NCBI GenBank assembly: GCA_039698055.1
Contig: JBDKTL010000027.1
Location: 32,001-96,000, forward strand
DNA length: 64,000 nt
Reading direction: 5' to 3'
From: Methanoregula sp.
GTDB lineage: Archaea; Halobacteriota; Methanomicrobia; Methanomicrobiales; Methanospirillaceae
Shown: positions 1 through 9,275 of the stretch, piece after piece
How positions within the stretch are numbered: the first letter of the stretch is position 1
How the letters are laid out: the number at the start of each line of letters is the position of its first letter
The notes under the pieces: model-generated
Database searches by the model: none
Seen by the model: the letters and a program-made list of their open reading frames with translations, nothing else
What the model was told of the DNA's origin: nothing
Translations under genes and position numbers: made by a program

Positions 1-142
1 CGATATTACCTCTCTCGAGATTGCCAGCCATGCTGAACACGAATGCGGCGATAACGGCTGCAAGGATTATGGTAACTGCAACGAGCAGGATTATACTGAC
101 GACTTCGGAGACTGCATGTTCATCTTTTTTGTGAAATGCCAT
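1..142 (-). CDS. Archaeal type IV pilin (Pilin_N/DUF1628), 5' part only; runs off the window edge
   Basis: Not in the ORF track. The reverse strand from ATG at 142 reads MAFHKKDEHAVSEVVSIILLVAVTIILAAVIAAFVFSMAGNLERGNI, a class III signal peptide like those of the two pilins at 3088 and 4505. Confidence 0.9.
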   Translation of the reverse strand, partial: MAFHKKDEHAVSEVVSIILLVAVTIILAAVIAAFVFSMAGNLERGNI

Positions 143-409
143 GATGTCACGCACCTGAACACTGCCCCGGCCGGGCAGGCGTGGGTTGTTTAGCTATTGC
201 AGGGACGGGTTGATAAGCGTTTTTTTTTAAGTGTGTGGGGGGTTTGGTTATTGGTACTTGAAGCATCTACGTTATTTCAATCACGGCTAGTGAAAATCCA
301 GCAGATTAACTGCCGATCTGATCATCCTCACGGGCTCACACCAGATTCAGGCTCGGAAAGTATACCAGATGATCTCTTTGCCCTTGGAAAATGACAAAGC
401 GAAAGAACT

Positions 410-2308
410 TCATCCGCCTCCTGTGAACTGGTAACGTAAAATGGGGGGAAGCGGTGCGAACGAATACGTGGTAATCGTGATGGTTTTCCCGAACCCTGCG
501 TTAATACTTCCGGCAATTATACTATCATTCCAGTCCCATGCACGCTGATCGTCCATACCCTTTGAAGGGAGATAGACATAGTAGTAAACACCGATAAACT
601 GGATGATGACCGATGCTGCGACAAGAATGATGATAATTGCAGCGATAGCATTTTTTTTCAATCGGTTTTTTGGGGGAGATTTGACAAGATCGTAAAAAAA
701 GAAGGCACAATAGAGGATCAAAATGGGTACAATGACGGTCAGATACCGTGGCCCGTAACACCATTCTGTATACCAACCGTCAAAAAAGCTATATGCTAAA
801 ATAGTCAGGAGGATTACCGGGCCGAAAAAAGAAAGCGTGTTACCTATATGTGAGTTGTGAAAATTTTTTAATTTAAAATAACCAAAAACCGAGAATATCA
901 GAACAGGAGTAAAAATGAAAAGCCCGACATTCGGAGAAACGAGCAATCCGGCAAAATGAATGACAAAACTCCCATTGAACACATATTGGTGGAAGTCATG
1001 ACTGTATCCACCAAACACTGTACCAAAGATCAACAGATTATAAAGGAGGAATGGGAGTCCACTTATGATGCCGGCAAGAGCATAATACCTGAAATGATTA
1101 CGGTAAAACCGGATGATGTAATATACGATCGGAATTATCAGCAGGGCATCCGGTGGCCGGTTGAACACAAATAATCCGGAAAAGAATCCTAATAATACAA
1201 TATTGTTAATCGATATGTTCTTTTCATTCCGGACAATACACCAGATCATCAAAATAAGGAGGAGTTCTTCCATTCCCTGCTGCCAGAGTGCCTGGCTGCT
1301 GATCGACCAGGTGCTGGTCGCAAATGCATAGATAAATGTGGAAAACAATGCGATCTTTTTTGAAAATAATTCTGAACAGGTAAGATAGACGAATATACCA
1401 GAGAGTGCCGCAATAATTGAAGATGATGTTTTTGCAACAAGAAGAATATTCTCGGCATTCAATGGTACTGAAAATAAATGGAGAAAAACAAGAGATATTG
1501 CGTAGATGGGTGTCACCAATACCGGTGTGACAATGGGAAACAAAGAATATTGATGATTGTTGATCAGGAGGAATCCATAATTTGTATTAGCACTGATTGC
1601 CATCTGCCCAAATTGATCGAAGACAAGGTTATGATACTGAAGTATTGATAGGGGAAGAAATGTCGCCGGGACGGTATCCCCGTTGGTATTTATAACAAAT
1701 ATGGTATTATAGGCAAAATAAAAAATTAGAAATAAACAGAGGATAGTGTTATTGTTAAAAAAAATAGCTACTGCGGTTTTTACTGACCCCCAAAGTGAGA
1801 GGGAGGGTTGTTTGAATAGATGTGTTGGTTCTGTTTTCTCCCAATTATGTGTATACAAACCCCCACCAATAATAAAAATAATCGGGACTCCAACAGGAAT
1901 ACATATTCCGGCAGGTCCCTGTAAAAACAGGCCATATTGGATAAGATCCGAGAGAAGAAATGTAATTCCTCCAAGTATAAGAAGAATACCCGCATGGCGA
2001 ATTCCTTGCCGATTTCGGATATAATATGATACCAGTAAAGCGAGAATTAGAAAAATAAATCCTGATATCCAGATACTGACTGAAACGCCAGTTTTCCAGC
2101 CGAGAAGTCCGTCAAGAACATAATTCAAATCCCGATTGATGAAAATAAGATTAGAGCCAAGATAGGTCTGCTGATAGCGAAACCATGCCCATTGTATTCC
2201 CGACCCTAACCAGTCACCGATAACCAGAATATTCAAAGGTATGAAGAAAACAATCCCGCAGAGAATTGTCGGGATGGTGAGCCGGGTCATGATATTCAGG
2301 AATAACAA
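410..2308 (-). CDS. GT-C fold (PMT/ArnT-like) membrane glycosyltransferase with an extra N-terminal multi-TM domain
   Basis: 632 aa, many TM segments, N-terminal loop NGDT and W/Y-rich motifs (STWSISSQALWQ, YGPRYL) typical of GT-C proteins. The first ~155 aa match the 168-aa ORF at 3802..4308. The real start may be the ATG at 2290. Confidence 0.7.
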   Translation of the reverse strand: MLFLNIMTRLTIPTILCGIVFFIPLNILVIGDWLGSGIQWAWFRYQQTYLGSNLIFINRDLNYVLDGLLGWKTGVSVSIWISGFIFLILALLVSYYIRNRQGIRHAGILLILGGITFLLSDLIQYGLFLQGPAGICIPVGVPIIFIIGGGLYTHNWEKTEPTHLFKQPSLSLWGSVKTAVAIFFNNNTILCLFLIFYFAYNTIFVINTNGDTVPATFLPLSILQYHNLVFDQFGQMAISANTNYGFLLINNHQYSLFPIVTPVLVTPIYAISLVFLHLFSVPLNAENILLVAKTSSSIIAALSGIFVYLTCSELFSKKIALFSTFIYAFATSTWSISSQALWQQGMEELLLILMIWCIVRNEKNISINNIVLLGFFSGLFVFNRPPDALLIIPIVYYIIRFYRNHFRYYALAGIISGLPFLLYNLLIFGTVFGGYSHDFHQYVFNGSFVIHFAGLLVSPNVGLFIFTPVLIFSVFGYFKLKNFHNSHIGNTLSFFGPVILLTILAYSFFDGWYTEWCYGPRYLTVIVPILILYCAFFFYDLVKSPPKNRLKKNAIAAIIIILVAASVIIQFIGVYYYVYLPSKGMDDQRAWDWNDSIIAGSINAGFGKTITITTYSFAPLPPILRYQFTGGG

Positions 2309-2384
2309 TTATACAATTTATAGTATTGAGCCTAACGGAATATGATTTTTAAGGTAACGAGAAAATTTCAGCGAGTCTCGCCAT

Positions 2385-2900
2385 CATCAACAATTTTTAT
2401 TTCATCCAGTTGTTCCGTATTATTATCCGGGAACTTTGTAGGGTACATCCACCAACCGCACACTTGTATGACCGGCACTCCATCAGGAATCACACACCCT
2501 GTCGGGCCATGAAACAAAACCCCCTATTGGATTAAATCGGCAATCAGGTAGAGGCTCCCTCCACCAATTGAAACAATGGCTTCTGTTTTTACCCACATCC
2601 CGGTCTCCCACTGATGCAAGAAGAAGCAGGGAAAAATGCAAGTACCATAATGAATGAGAGGAGAACGCCCGTCTCTGCTGCAACAGCACTTCTCCCTTTG
2701 AGCATCCCCTCTTCAATATAATACAACTCTTTTGTAGAAAAAATAAGACTGATCCAGAGATAACCAAGATAACACTGCTGGTACCGGAAAAAGATCCATC
2801 GAACACAGGTGGCAAGCCAGTCCCCAACAACTTAGATATTGATAGGAACGAAAAAGAGAATGCATCGAACAATGAATGGGAACCTGGGAGGGGGTTTCAT
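2385..2900 (-). pseudogene. Degraded copy of the multi-TM membrane protein gene at 3802..4308
   Basis: From ATG 2900: MKPPPRFPFIVRCILFFVPINI*VVGDWLATCVRWIFFRYQQCYLG. An in-frame TAA at 2832-2834 replaces Tyr and the frame is disrupted later. DNA at ~2400-2555 aligns closely with ~3820-3975. Confidence 0.8.
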
Positions 2901-3087
2901 GTATTTATTAAGTTCGCTGACTGCAAATGAGCGTGTTGGAATGATAAGAAATGCTCGTTTTCAGGGAAATTATCGCCAGTAATTAGGATGTTATAATCTG
3001 GCCTTCTAATTCGCGAGTCTTGCACTCAACATATACCGGTTACGTGATGGGTGAAAAATACCCCTTTAATGCGAAATGAAAAAAAAA

Positions 3088-3492
3088 TTAGAGGGTTGAA
3101 TCGAAAATAACCTGAGTTGAACCATCATTAAATGATCCAACACCAAGGATATGCGCCTTACCGGCGTTACCTGCCGGGATTGACGATGAATTACCTACTG
3201 GTATTGATGTTGCAGGCGATAGAGGAACCCACATGCCTACGTTGACTCCATCTACCGTCCAGCAGATAGCTGTAAGCGAGTTTGCATCCTGTCCACCCTG
3301 ATAGGTAACAACAACTGTACTGGAACTTGTACGTTGCGCCGTCGCCGCAACCACTTTCGTCTTCTGGATATTCCCAGCCATGCCGAACACGAACGCAGCG
3401 ATAACGGCTGCGAGGATCACCGTGATAGCGACCATCAGGATAACGCCGATAACCGGTGATACTGCTTCATCATTCTTTTTGGTAAATGCCAT
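3088..3492 (-). CDS. Archaeal type IV pilin (Pilin_N/DUF1628)
   Basis: MAFTKKNDEA|VSPVIGVILMVAITVILAAVIAAFVFG class III signal peptide; YQGGQD motif; start moved to ATG 3492 (GGAG upstream). Confidence 0.9.
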   Translation of the reverse strand: MAFTKKNDEAVSPVIGVILMVAITVILAAVIAAFVFGMAGNIQKTKVVAATAQRTSSSTVVVTYQGGQDANSLTAICWTVDGVNVGMWVPLSPATSIPVGNSSSIPAGNAGKAHILGVGSFNDGSTQVIFDSTL

Positions 3493-3617
3493 AATTTTAA
3501 CTCCATTCATATGCCCTGCATCGGGCATGACAATGTATAACCAGTCTATTTCGTATTTTGGTATATATAAGTTTGTTTTTAAATAAGGAGAATTCCAGGA
3601 TATGTATGGTAAAACAT
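3341..3617. repeat. ~277-bp direct repeat, copy 1 (pilin 5' coding region, leader and promoter)
   Basis: Near-identical to 4755..5031 by eye. Confidence 0.9.
3560..3580 (-). promoter_or_regulatory. Putative TATA box/BRE of the pilin gene (same element at ~4974-4994)
   Basis: The reverse strand reads AAAAACAAAC-TTATATATACC about 70 nt upstream of the ATG; conserved in both repeat copies. Confidence 0.55.
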
Positions 3618-3801
3618 TCCTACACATTCGAATTTTTTCTCATTTTCTCTACCGGATAAATCTTACAATCCCTATATGCCACGTATTGGTAATCGTTCAG
3701 TTCAAATTTTTATGCATTTTTATAGCGTTCACACATCAGTAGTTGAGCGCTACGGGAACTAATCGTTTGAAGTGAAGAGAAAATTTTATGGAATTTTTCT
3801 A

Positions 3802-4308
3802 TCATCCAAAAATTTTGTTTTCATCAGATCTTTGCGTATTATTGTCCGTGAATGTTGCCCGGTACATCCACAAACCGCATACCAGAATGACCGGCACTCC
3901 GACAGGGATCACAAACCCTGCCGGGCCGTGAAACAACGCCCCGTACTGGATCATATCGGCAATCAGGAAGAGACACCCGGTTGTGAGGGTAATAATGGCG
4001 GCCGCTCTAACGTATGCGCCATTTTCACATTGAAAAGCTAGTATGAGGAAGATGCATGCCAATAATAATAAAAAGGTGGCTATACCCACCATTGCAGATG
4101 CAAGAGCACTGCGCCCATAAATCATCCCGTTATTAATAAAATAAATGTCTTTTGTAAAAAATATGAGACTGTTGCCGAAGTAGCTTTGCTGGTATCGAAA
4201 TAATCCCCACTGAACCCCGGTGGCGAGCCAGTCTCCGATAACATAGATGTTGATGGGGATTAGGAAGAGACAACATTGAATTAACAGGATATCAGAAAAT
4301 TTGGACAT
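3802..4308 (-). CDS. Uncharacterised multi-TM membrane protein (pilin-associated)
   Basis: 168 aa, ~4 hydrophobic segments. Motifs IPxNIxVIGDWL, QWxxFRYQQ and QYGxxxxGPAGxxIPVGVP are shared with the N-terminus of 410..2308. Confidence 0.8.
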   Translation of the reverse strand: MSKFSDILLIQCCLFLIPINIYVIGDWLATGVQWGLFRYQQSYFGNSLIFFTKDIYFINNGMIYGRSALASAMVGIATFLLLLACIFLILAFQCENGAYVRAAAIITLTTGCLFLIADMIQYGALFHGPAGFVIPVGVPVILVCGLWMYRATFTDNNTQRSDENKIFG

Positions 4309-4504
4309 TTTATTCCTTGTTTAATTGCTCTCCACAAAATTCATAGATTATTTTAAGAATCCAACTTTAATTTCATAATCTTTTATGATATGTCACGCAT
4401 TATATTACTTAATCTTCGATAACGAGGATAAATATACCGAAATGTGATTTATCAAATAACCTAATTCAACAAACTGCCACCACTCACGAAGAAAAAAAAA
4501 AGAA

Positions 4505-4906
4505 TTAGATATTCTGATCGATGATGACCTGCTGTGAGCCATCACTGAATGTTGCTATACCGATAACATGTGAGTTGGTAGCAGCAGTAATGGACGTACT
4601 TGCACCGATCTGTAAGATACCCGTAGATGATGTTGGCGAATTTTGTAACGCGACATTAGCACCATTTACGGTCCAGCATATGCTTTTTAATGACCCGGCA
4701 TCCTGTCCGCCTTGGAAGGTCGTTATAACAGCGCTTGAATTTGGCCGGTTCAACGTCGCTGCAACCACTTTAGTCTTCTGGATATTCCCAGCCATGCCAA
4801 ACACGAATGCAGCGATAACCGCTGCGAGGATCACCGTGATAGCGACCATAAGGATAACGCCGATAACCGGTGATACTGCATCTTCATTTTTTTGGGTAAA
4901 TGCCAT
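4505..4906 (-). CDS. Archaeal type IV pilin (Pilin_N/DUF1628)
   Basis: MAFTQKNEDA|VSPVIGVILMVAITVILAAVIA; FQGGQD motif; paralog of 3088..3492. Confidence 0.9.
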   Translation of the reverse strand: MAFTQKNEDAVSPVIGVILMVAITVILAAVIAAFVFGMAGNIQKTKVVAATLNRPNSSAVITTFQGGQDAGSLKSICWTVNGANVALQNSPTSSTGILQIGASTSITAATNSHVIGIATFSDGSQQVIIDQNI

Positions 4907-5031
4907 AATACAAACTCCACTCATATGCCCATCGTCGGGCATGACAATGTATAACCAGTCTATTTCTTATTTTGGTATATATAAGTTTGTTTTTAAATAT
5001 GGGGAATTTCAGGATATGTGCGATAAAACAT
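4755..5031. repeat. ~277-bp direct repeat, copy 2
   Basis: Matches 3341..3617. Confidence 0.9.
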
Positions 5032-5868
5032 ACATGAATTTAGGAATAACAACCTGCACACCCGGGCTTTTTCAAGTCTTTTTCATAAATATAGACTCCC
5101 TAAATAAAAAAACAGGAGACATTCTTCACCGGACAACATCCCGCAGAACGATCTATTTCGTTTTTTGCGATATAGAGTGCCACCTGGTAAACCTTCTACC
5201 CCGGCACCGTGGTGGAATTGCACGAACAAAAGGCCAGAATACAAACAATTCCGATAAGTACCTGGTAACAACCAGGGGTGCATGGATCCGGGATCAACCG
5301 GGTTCAATACGGGCGTATTTTTACTATTCGGGAATCCGGTTTTCGGGTTTAGGGGAAATGGTGTCCGCCACAATAATAAAAACCGTTTAAAATGGTTATT
5401 TCTCAAAAATAACCCATTTAACCGGAAATTGAGCCTGCAATTTAACAGGCTTCCGGTTGGTCACATTTTTGTCCCATCGTTTTGGCAGGGGGAGGGTGAA
5501 AACGGCTGCCGGAAGCCCGCTATCGCCCGCTATCGTGTTCACGTCGGAGAATTCGAGGGTGGGGATTTTGGTCAGGCATTTTTGAATTTAAAGACCAATT
5601 CTTTTTTTTATAGGAGGGGGAGCGTCAGGATTTTGCATGAACCCCTCTTCAATATTTTTCATGCGGTGAACATCTGACCATAGATCTCAAGAGGAGTATC
5701 TCCAACTATTTTTCCGGAAATTTTTCTCACGCTAAAAATATATTTTTAAATTTTTTTTGTCATGTCACAAGATCGGCTAAGATTTCACTGACCGCAAAGA
5801 TACCTAAACGTTGCATGATATCAATCTTATAGAAAATGGATTAAAAAAAACCCAACAATGAAAACGGT

Positions 5869-5920
5869 TATTGAACCGCCGCGGAGGCGCCCTTCCAGCG
5901 ACAGCGGAACGATCGTTTTT
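5869..5920 (+). repeat. Degenerate copy of a GC-rich REP-like palindromic element
   Basis: ATTGAACCGCCGCGGAGGCGCCCTTC...ATCGTTTTT resembles the reverse complement of 60816..60866. Confidence 0.5.
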
Positions 5921-6097
5921 GGTGTTTTGGGACATTATTCCCCTATATATCTGATAGAGTAGTACCCAATTACCCACTCATTTTGACGAAGAGCAAAAAA
6001 ATTACATCCCACACCACAGGAAATGTTTAGAGAAAAATCCCGAGTTAAAAGACAGATACCAGAACAAAAAATAAAAAAATGCCCGTTTATTCAAACA

Positions 6098-6616
6098 CTA
6101 AAAAAGAGAATTATCCTGTTCAGGTCTCCAAAGATGAAGAAAATCCACGCGGGAAAAATCTGTGTCATTCGATGCAAGGTGAATAATATTCTCCTTTCTC
6201 ATCGCAGCAACATGAACCGCATCAGTCGCAAGAAGGTTGTATATCTGTGCATTAACACGCGATTCGGAAAACAACGGACCTGAAATATTTTTCACGTTAA
6301 CCGTTTCCAGAATCTCGCAGGCTTCCCATAACTGGGGCAATTCCCGGAGAATTTCAGGAGTTTTCTTCACAAAAGCGATCGCTTCGGCAGGCGAACAACG
6401 ATGACAATTCATAATTGCAGTTACCATCAGCTTGTGAAACACTTCATTCAAAACAAACTCATCAATAAAACCCGCAATGTCATTTTCCTCGATTCTTTTA
6501 ATAAATGCGAGACATGATTTTCCATAAACGGGATGCTTAAAAAAGACATAAAGAAGGATATTTGAATCGATAAAAATGCGCGTTCCCGAAGGAACCTGAG
6601 AAAGATTTAATCCCAT
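6098..6616 (-). CDS. vapC: PIN-domain VapC toxin
   Basis: IFIDSNILLY, VLNEV, LATDAVHVAA and SNDTDF carry the acidic PIN residues. Confidence 0.9.
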   Translation of the reverse strand: MGLNLSQVPSGTRIFIDSNILLYVFFKHPVYGKSCLAFIKRIEENDIAGFIDEFVLNEVFHKLMVTAIMNCHRCSPAEAIAFVKKTPEILRELPQLWEACEILETVNVKNISGPLFSESRVNAQIYNLLATDAVHVAAMRKENIIHLASNDTDFSRVDFLHLWRPEQDNSLF

Positions 6617-6792
6617 CCTTCCATCTCAATAATCTCGTCAGCGGTTTTTTTATTGGTAGGAATTATCCCATACATCCGATCGGTGATCTGTCGTTTGATT
6701 TCAATAATGACAGACTCCCCCTCTTTAAGAGGAAGCTCCCGTGCCGGTTTTAGCATTTTATTTTCATATCGGGCTTCGGAAAGGATAGACAT
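6607..6792 (-). CDS. Antitoxin, AF2212/DUF104-like (VapB partner)
   Basis: 61 aa; EARYENKMLKPARELPLKEGESV motif; overlaps the vapC start. Confidence 0.8.
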   Translation of the reverse strand: MSILSEARYENKMLKPARELPLKEGESVIIEIKRQITDRMYGIIPTNKKTADEIIEMEGWD

Positions 6793-6994
6793 TTGAAATC
6801 ACGAATAATTAATTGATCTAACGTTTTGCAAAGATAAAATAGTTTTCACTTCATTAAATATAGACAGATCCGTCCCAACGAGCCGGCAAACCGTTGGACC
6901 CACTCACGGGAAACGCTCCCTAAAACATATAACAATCCGGAACAATAGTATCAGATACACAATGATGCAGAATCAAAATTCATATAATAACAGA

Positions 6995-7393
6995 ATGGAT
7001 ACGCCTTCATTCAAATCCGTACTCCATGAACTCAAGGCTAATACCGATTGTGTCGCCCTCATGTTGTTTGGATCCGTGGCACGGGAAGAGGCACGGGCAA
7101 TTTCCGACATTGATCTCTGCATCATTACCCGAAAGAACACTCCTGAACCAGAGGCGATGAATCTGATGAGTTATGGATCAGAAGGAATTGACATAAGCCT
7201 TTTTTGGGATCTCCCGCTTGCGATTAAATTCCGGGTAATTAAAGAGGGCAAAATACTATTTTGCAAAGATCCTCTCCTGCTTCATCGTATCAAAACCGAT
7301 ACCGTCCGCGAATATCTGGATACCGCACCTCTTATCAGGAAGCACTCTCTTCATTGTATCGATGTTTTTCCGGTGATGAAATCGCATGGATGA
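6995..7393 (+). CDS. mntA: Minimal nucleotidyltransferase (MntA-type antitoxin)
   Basis: LFGSVAR...SDIDL (GS-x10-DxD); overlaps the HEPN gene; start could be 6962. Confidence 0.85.
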   Translation: MDTPSFKSVLHELKANTDCVALMLFGSVAREEARAISDIDLCIITRKNTPEPEAMNLMSYGSEGIDISLFWDLPLAIKFRVIKEGKILFCKDPLLLHRIKTDTVREYLDTAPLIRKHSLHCIDVFPVMKSHG

Positions 7394-7820
7394 CTTCGTA
7401 GGCTACGATGTAGAACGAATCGGAGCAATTTATTCTGATATCCAAAGATACATCCGGGATTTTAACGATCTTAACATTGACAGCCGGGATGCTCTTAACG
7501 ATAAAAGGAATTTTTATGCAACATCGATGATTCTCTTTTCACTCTTAAACCGGGTGTTTGATCTTGGAAGCGAAATTGCAATCGCACATAATCTTGGAAT
7601 TCCCTCAACATACCGGGAAATATTTGTTCTGCTCCAGAAGAACGGGTTGATCGATAATGATCTCGCAAAAACATTGATCGGATTTGTCACCTATAGAAAC
7701 CTTCTCTCGCATGAGTATCATGGAATCACTGCAGAAAAACTCTTTGACCTGACAAAAAAGATCAGTATCGTCAGGGAATTTGCGGAGCAGATGCAAACAC
7801 TACAAAAACAGCAAAAATAA
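7386..7820 (+). CDS. hepT: HEPN/DUF86 ribonuclease toxin (HepT-like)
   Basis: RNLLSHEY is an R-x4-H-x-Y motif; PSTYREIF motif. Confidence 0.85.
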   Translation: MDDFVGYDVERIGAIYSDIQRYIRDFNDLNIDSRDALNDKRNFYATSMILFSLLNRVFDLGSEIAIAHNLGIPSTYREIFVLLQKNGLIDNDLAKTLIGFVTYRNLLSHEYHGITAEKLFDLTKKISIVREFAEQMQTLQKQQK

Positions 7821-8109
7821 ATTTAGATTAAAAATTTTGCATATTTTGAACATTTCGGAAAAAATAAGCCACATGAAAAAAATTTCAAATAGTGGCTATT
7901 AATAGATCCTGATTTTTGCCAGAACACTCCCACCCGGTACGTCGCTCATTTTTAAAAAAACTCTAAAAAAAGAGAGCCGTAAGATCCTAACCGGGCCTCC
8001 GATGCGAAACCTTGCAGGGACTCTCTTTCTATTGGGGGCTTTAAAAAAAAAACATGATGTGACTCCCTGCAAATTATCTTAATATCACGATGTGATGTGC
8101 AAAAATGAT

Positions 8110-8493
8110 GGGGGGGTCGCACACCCCCTTGAAGAGCCGGGCTGTGGGGGTCATCGCAAAACGGGCGGGGCAGGGGGGTCGTGCCGGCCGGCAGCGTGAC
8201 CCCCCCGCTGGTGAACCATAAACCTGTGGTGGTTTTTCCGTCGTGGATGAAGTCGGGTTCCCCAGCAGTCCGGATAGTTCGCAGGGGGGGTCACCCCCGC
8301 CATGCCGGACTGGTGTGACCCCCCGGACCCTGTAGTCCCTGGATCCTGTGACCCCCTTGGCCCGGAAATTGGCAGTTTCTCCGTCCTGGAGGTTCCGGAG
8401 GTGAAACAAAGGATGGAGCCGGAGGGTGGGGGGTCGGGCACGGGTGCCGGGCGAGGGGATCAGCCCGCGTCCCATGGATCGATGTGACCCCCC
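8110..8493. repeat. GC-rich array of nine GGGGG(G)TC / GTGACCCCC(C) motifs in both orientations
   Basis: Copies at ~8110, 8146, 8173, 8196, 8284, 8315, 8348, 8428 and 8484. Confidence 0.75.
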
Positions 8494-8849
8494 AACCCCA
8501 AACCCGATAACCACCCATGAAGTGCGCGATCCCAACTGGTCAGATGAGGTCCCGGTCATAATACTCTTCCGGGATCCTTTACCCTCCTTTCAAACACCGG
8601 GTCATTATTGATGGAAATCGTGACGTTCCGGTTTATTGCATCAACAGCAATTTCAAAAACATTCTTCCGCCCGAAACTTCTTCTCTATTCGGCGGGCAGT
8701 TAGCAAAGTACTGGGACAGGAACCAGTTCGCTCTTCATCGCACAAGAAACGATTCGCATCCTGTATGATCGAGGGGAATGTCTGGCGACCACGGTTTTGA
8801 GGAAAGGTTAAAGGAAGGTGAAGTGTATCTTTCATGAGAGGAACCAGTA

Positions 8850-9275
8850 GTGCCATCATCCAAACGATCTCAAAGTTTAAATCCAGAAATCCAGGACCGG
8901 GTCGAGAGTGCACTACAACAGATGCAGCAGATTCCGGGATTTGAACACGTCAAGTTTGTTATACTCTACGGATCAGCAGAAAAACAGCGAATGACTGCCG
9001 AATCGGATATCGATCTCTGCATATATTATGATGGGGACGTTACCAAGGCCGCAAAGTTCCGCCACACCATCCTTGCGAAACTTCCCGGCATACAATATGA
9101 TATTCAGATTTTTCAGCAGCTTCCCTTGTATGTAAAAGTGGAGGTACTCAAAGGCACCCCGGTTTTTGTCCGCGACACCCGGTTTTTATACGAAAAAGCG
9201 ACCGAGACCATCCGGGACTTCGACAGGTTCAAACACCGGTTATATGATTACACCGGTCAGGCTGCGATACAATGA
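8850..9275 (+). CDS. mntA: Minimal nucleotidyltransferase (MntA-type antitoxin)
   Basis: LYGSAEKQRMTAESDIDL; DIQIFQQLPLYV; ATGA overlap with the next gene. Confidence 0.88.
   Translation: MPSSKRSQSLNPEIQDRVESALQQMQQIPGFEHVKFVILYGSAEKQRMTAESDIDLCIYYDGDVTKAAKFRHTILAKLPGIQYDIQIFQQLPLYVKVEVLKGTPVFVRDTRFLYEKATETIRDFDRFKHRLYDYTGQAAIQ

Noticed and set aside
2483-2872. 129-aa minus-strand ORF as a real gene
   Set aside because: It is an off-frame reading of the pseudogene; the homologous motifs lie in another frame.
3493-3627. N-terminal extensions of the pilin ORFs given in the track (also 4907-4942)
   Set aside because: They run through the promoter and leader; class III signal peptides are short and an RBS precedes MAFT.
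4521-5677. 289-aa, 107-aa and 131-aa ORFs near the third pilin
   Set aside because: Antisense to the pilin or in AT-rich intergenic DNA, with no motifs.
8074-8913. Several overlapping Pro/Gly-rich ORFs; also considered as a CRISPR array
   Set aside because: The ORFs follow from high GC and G/C runs. The motif is only 8-10 bp, irregularly spaced and in mixed orientation, and no cas genes are present.
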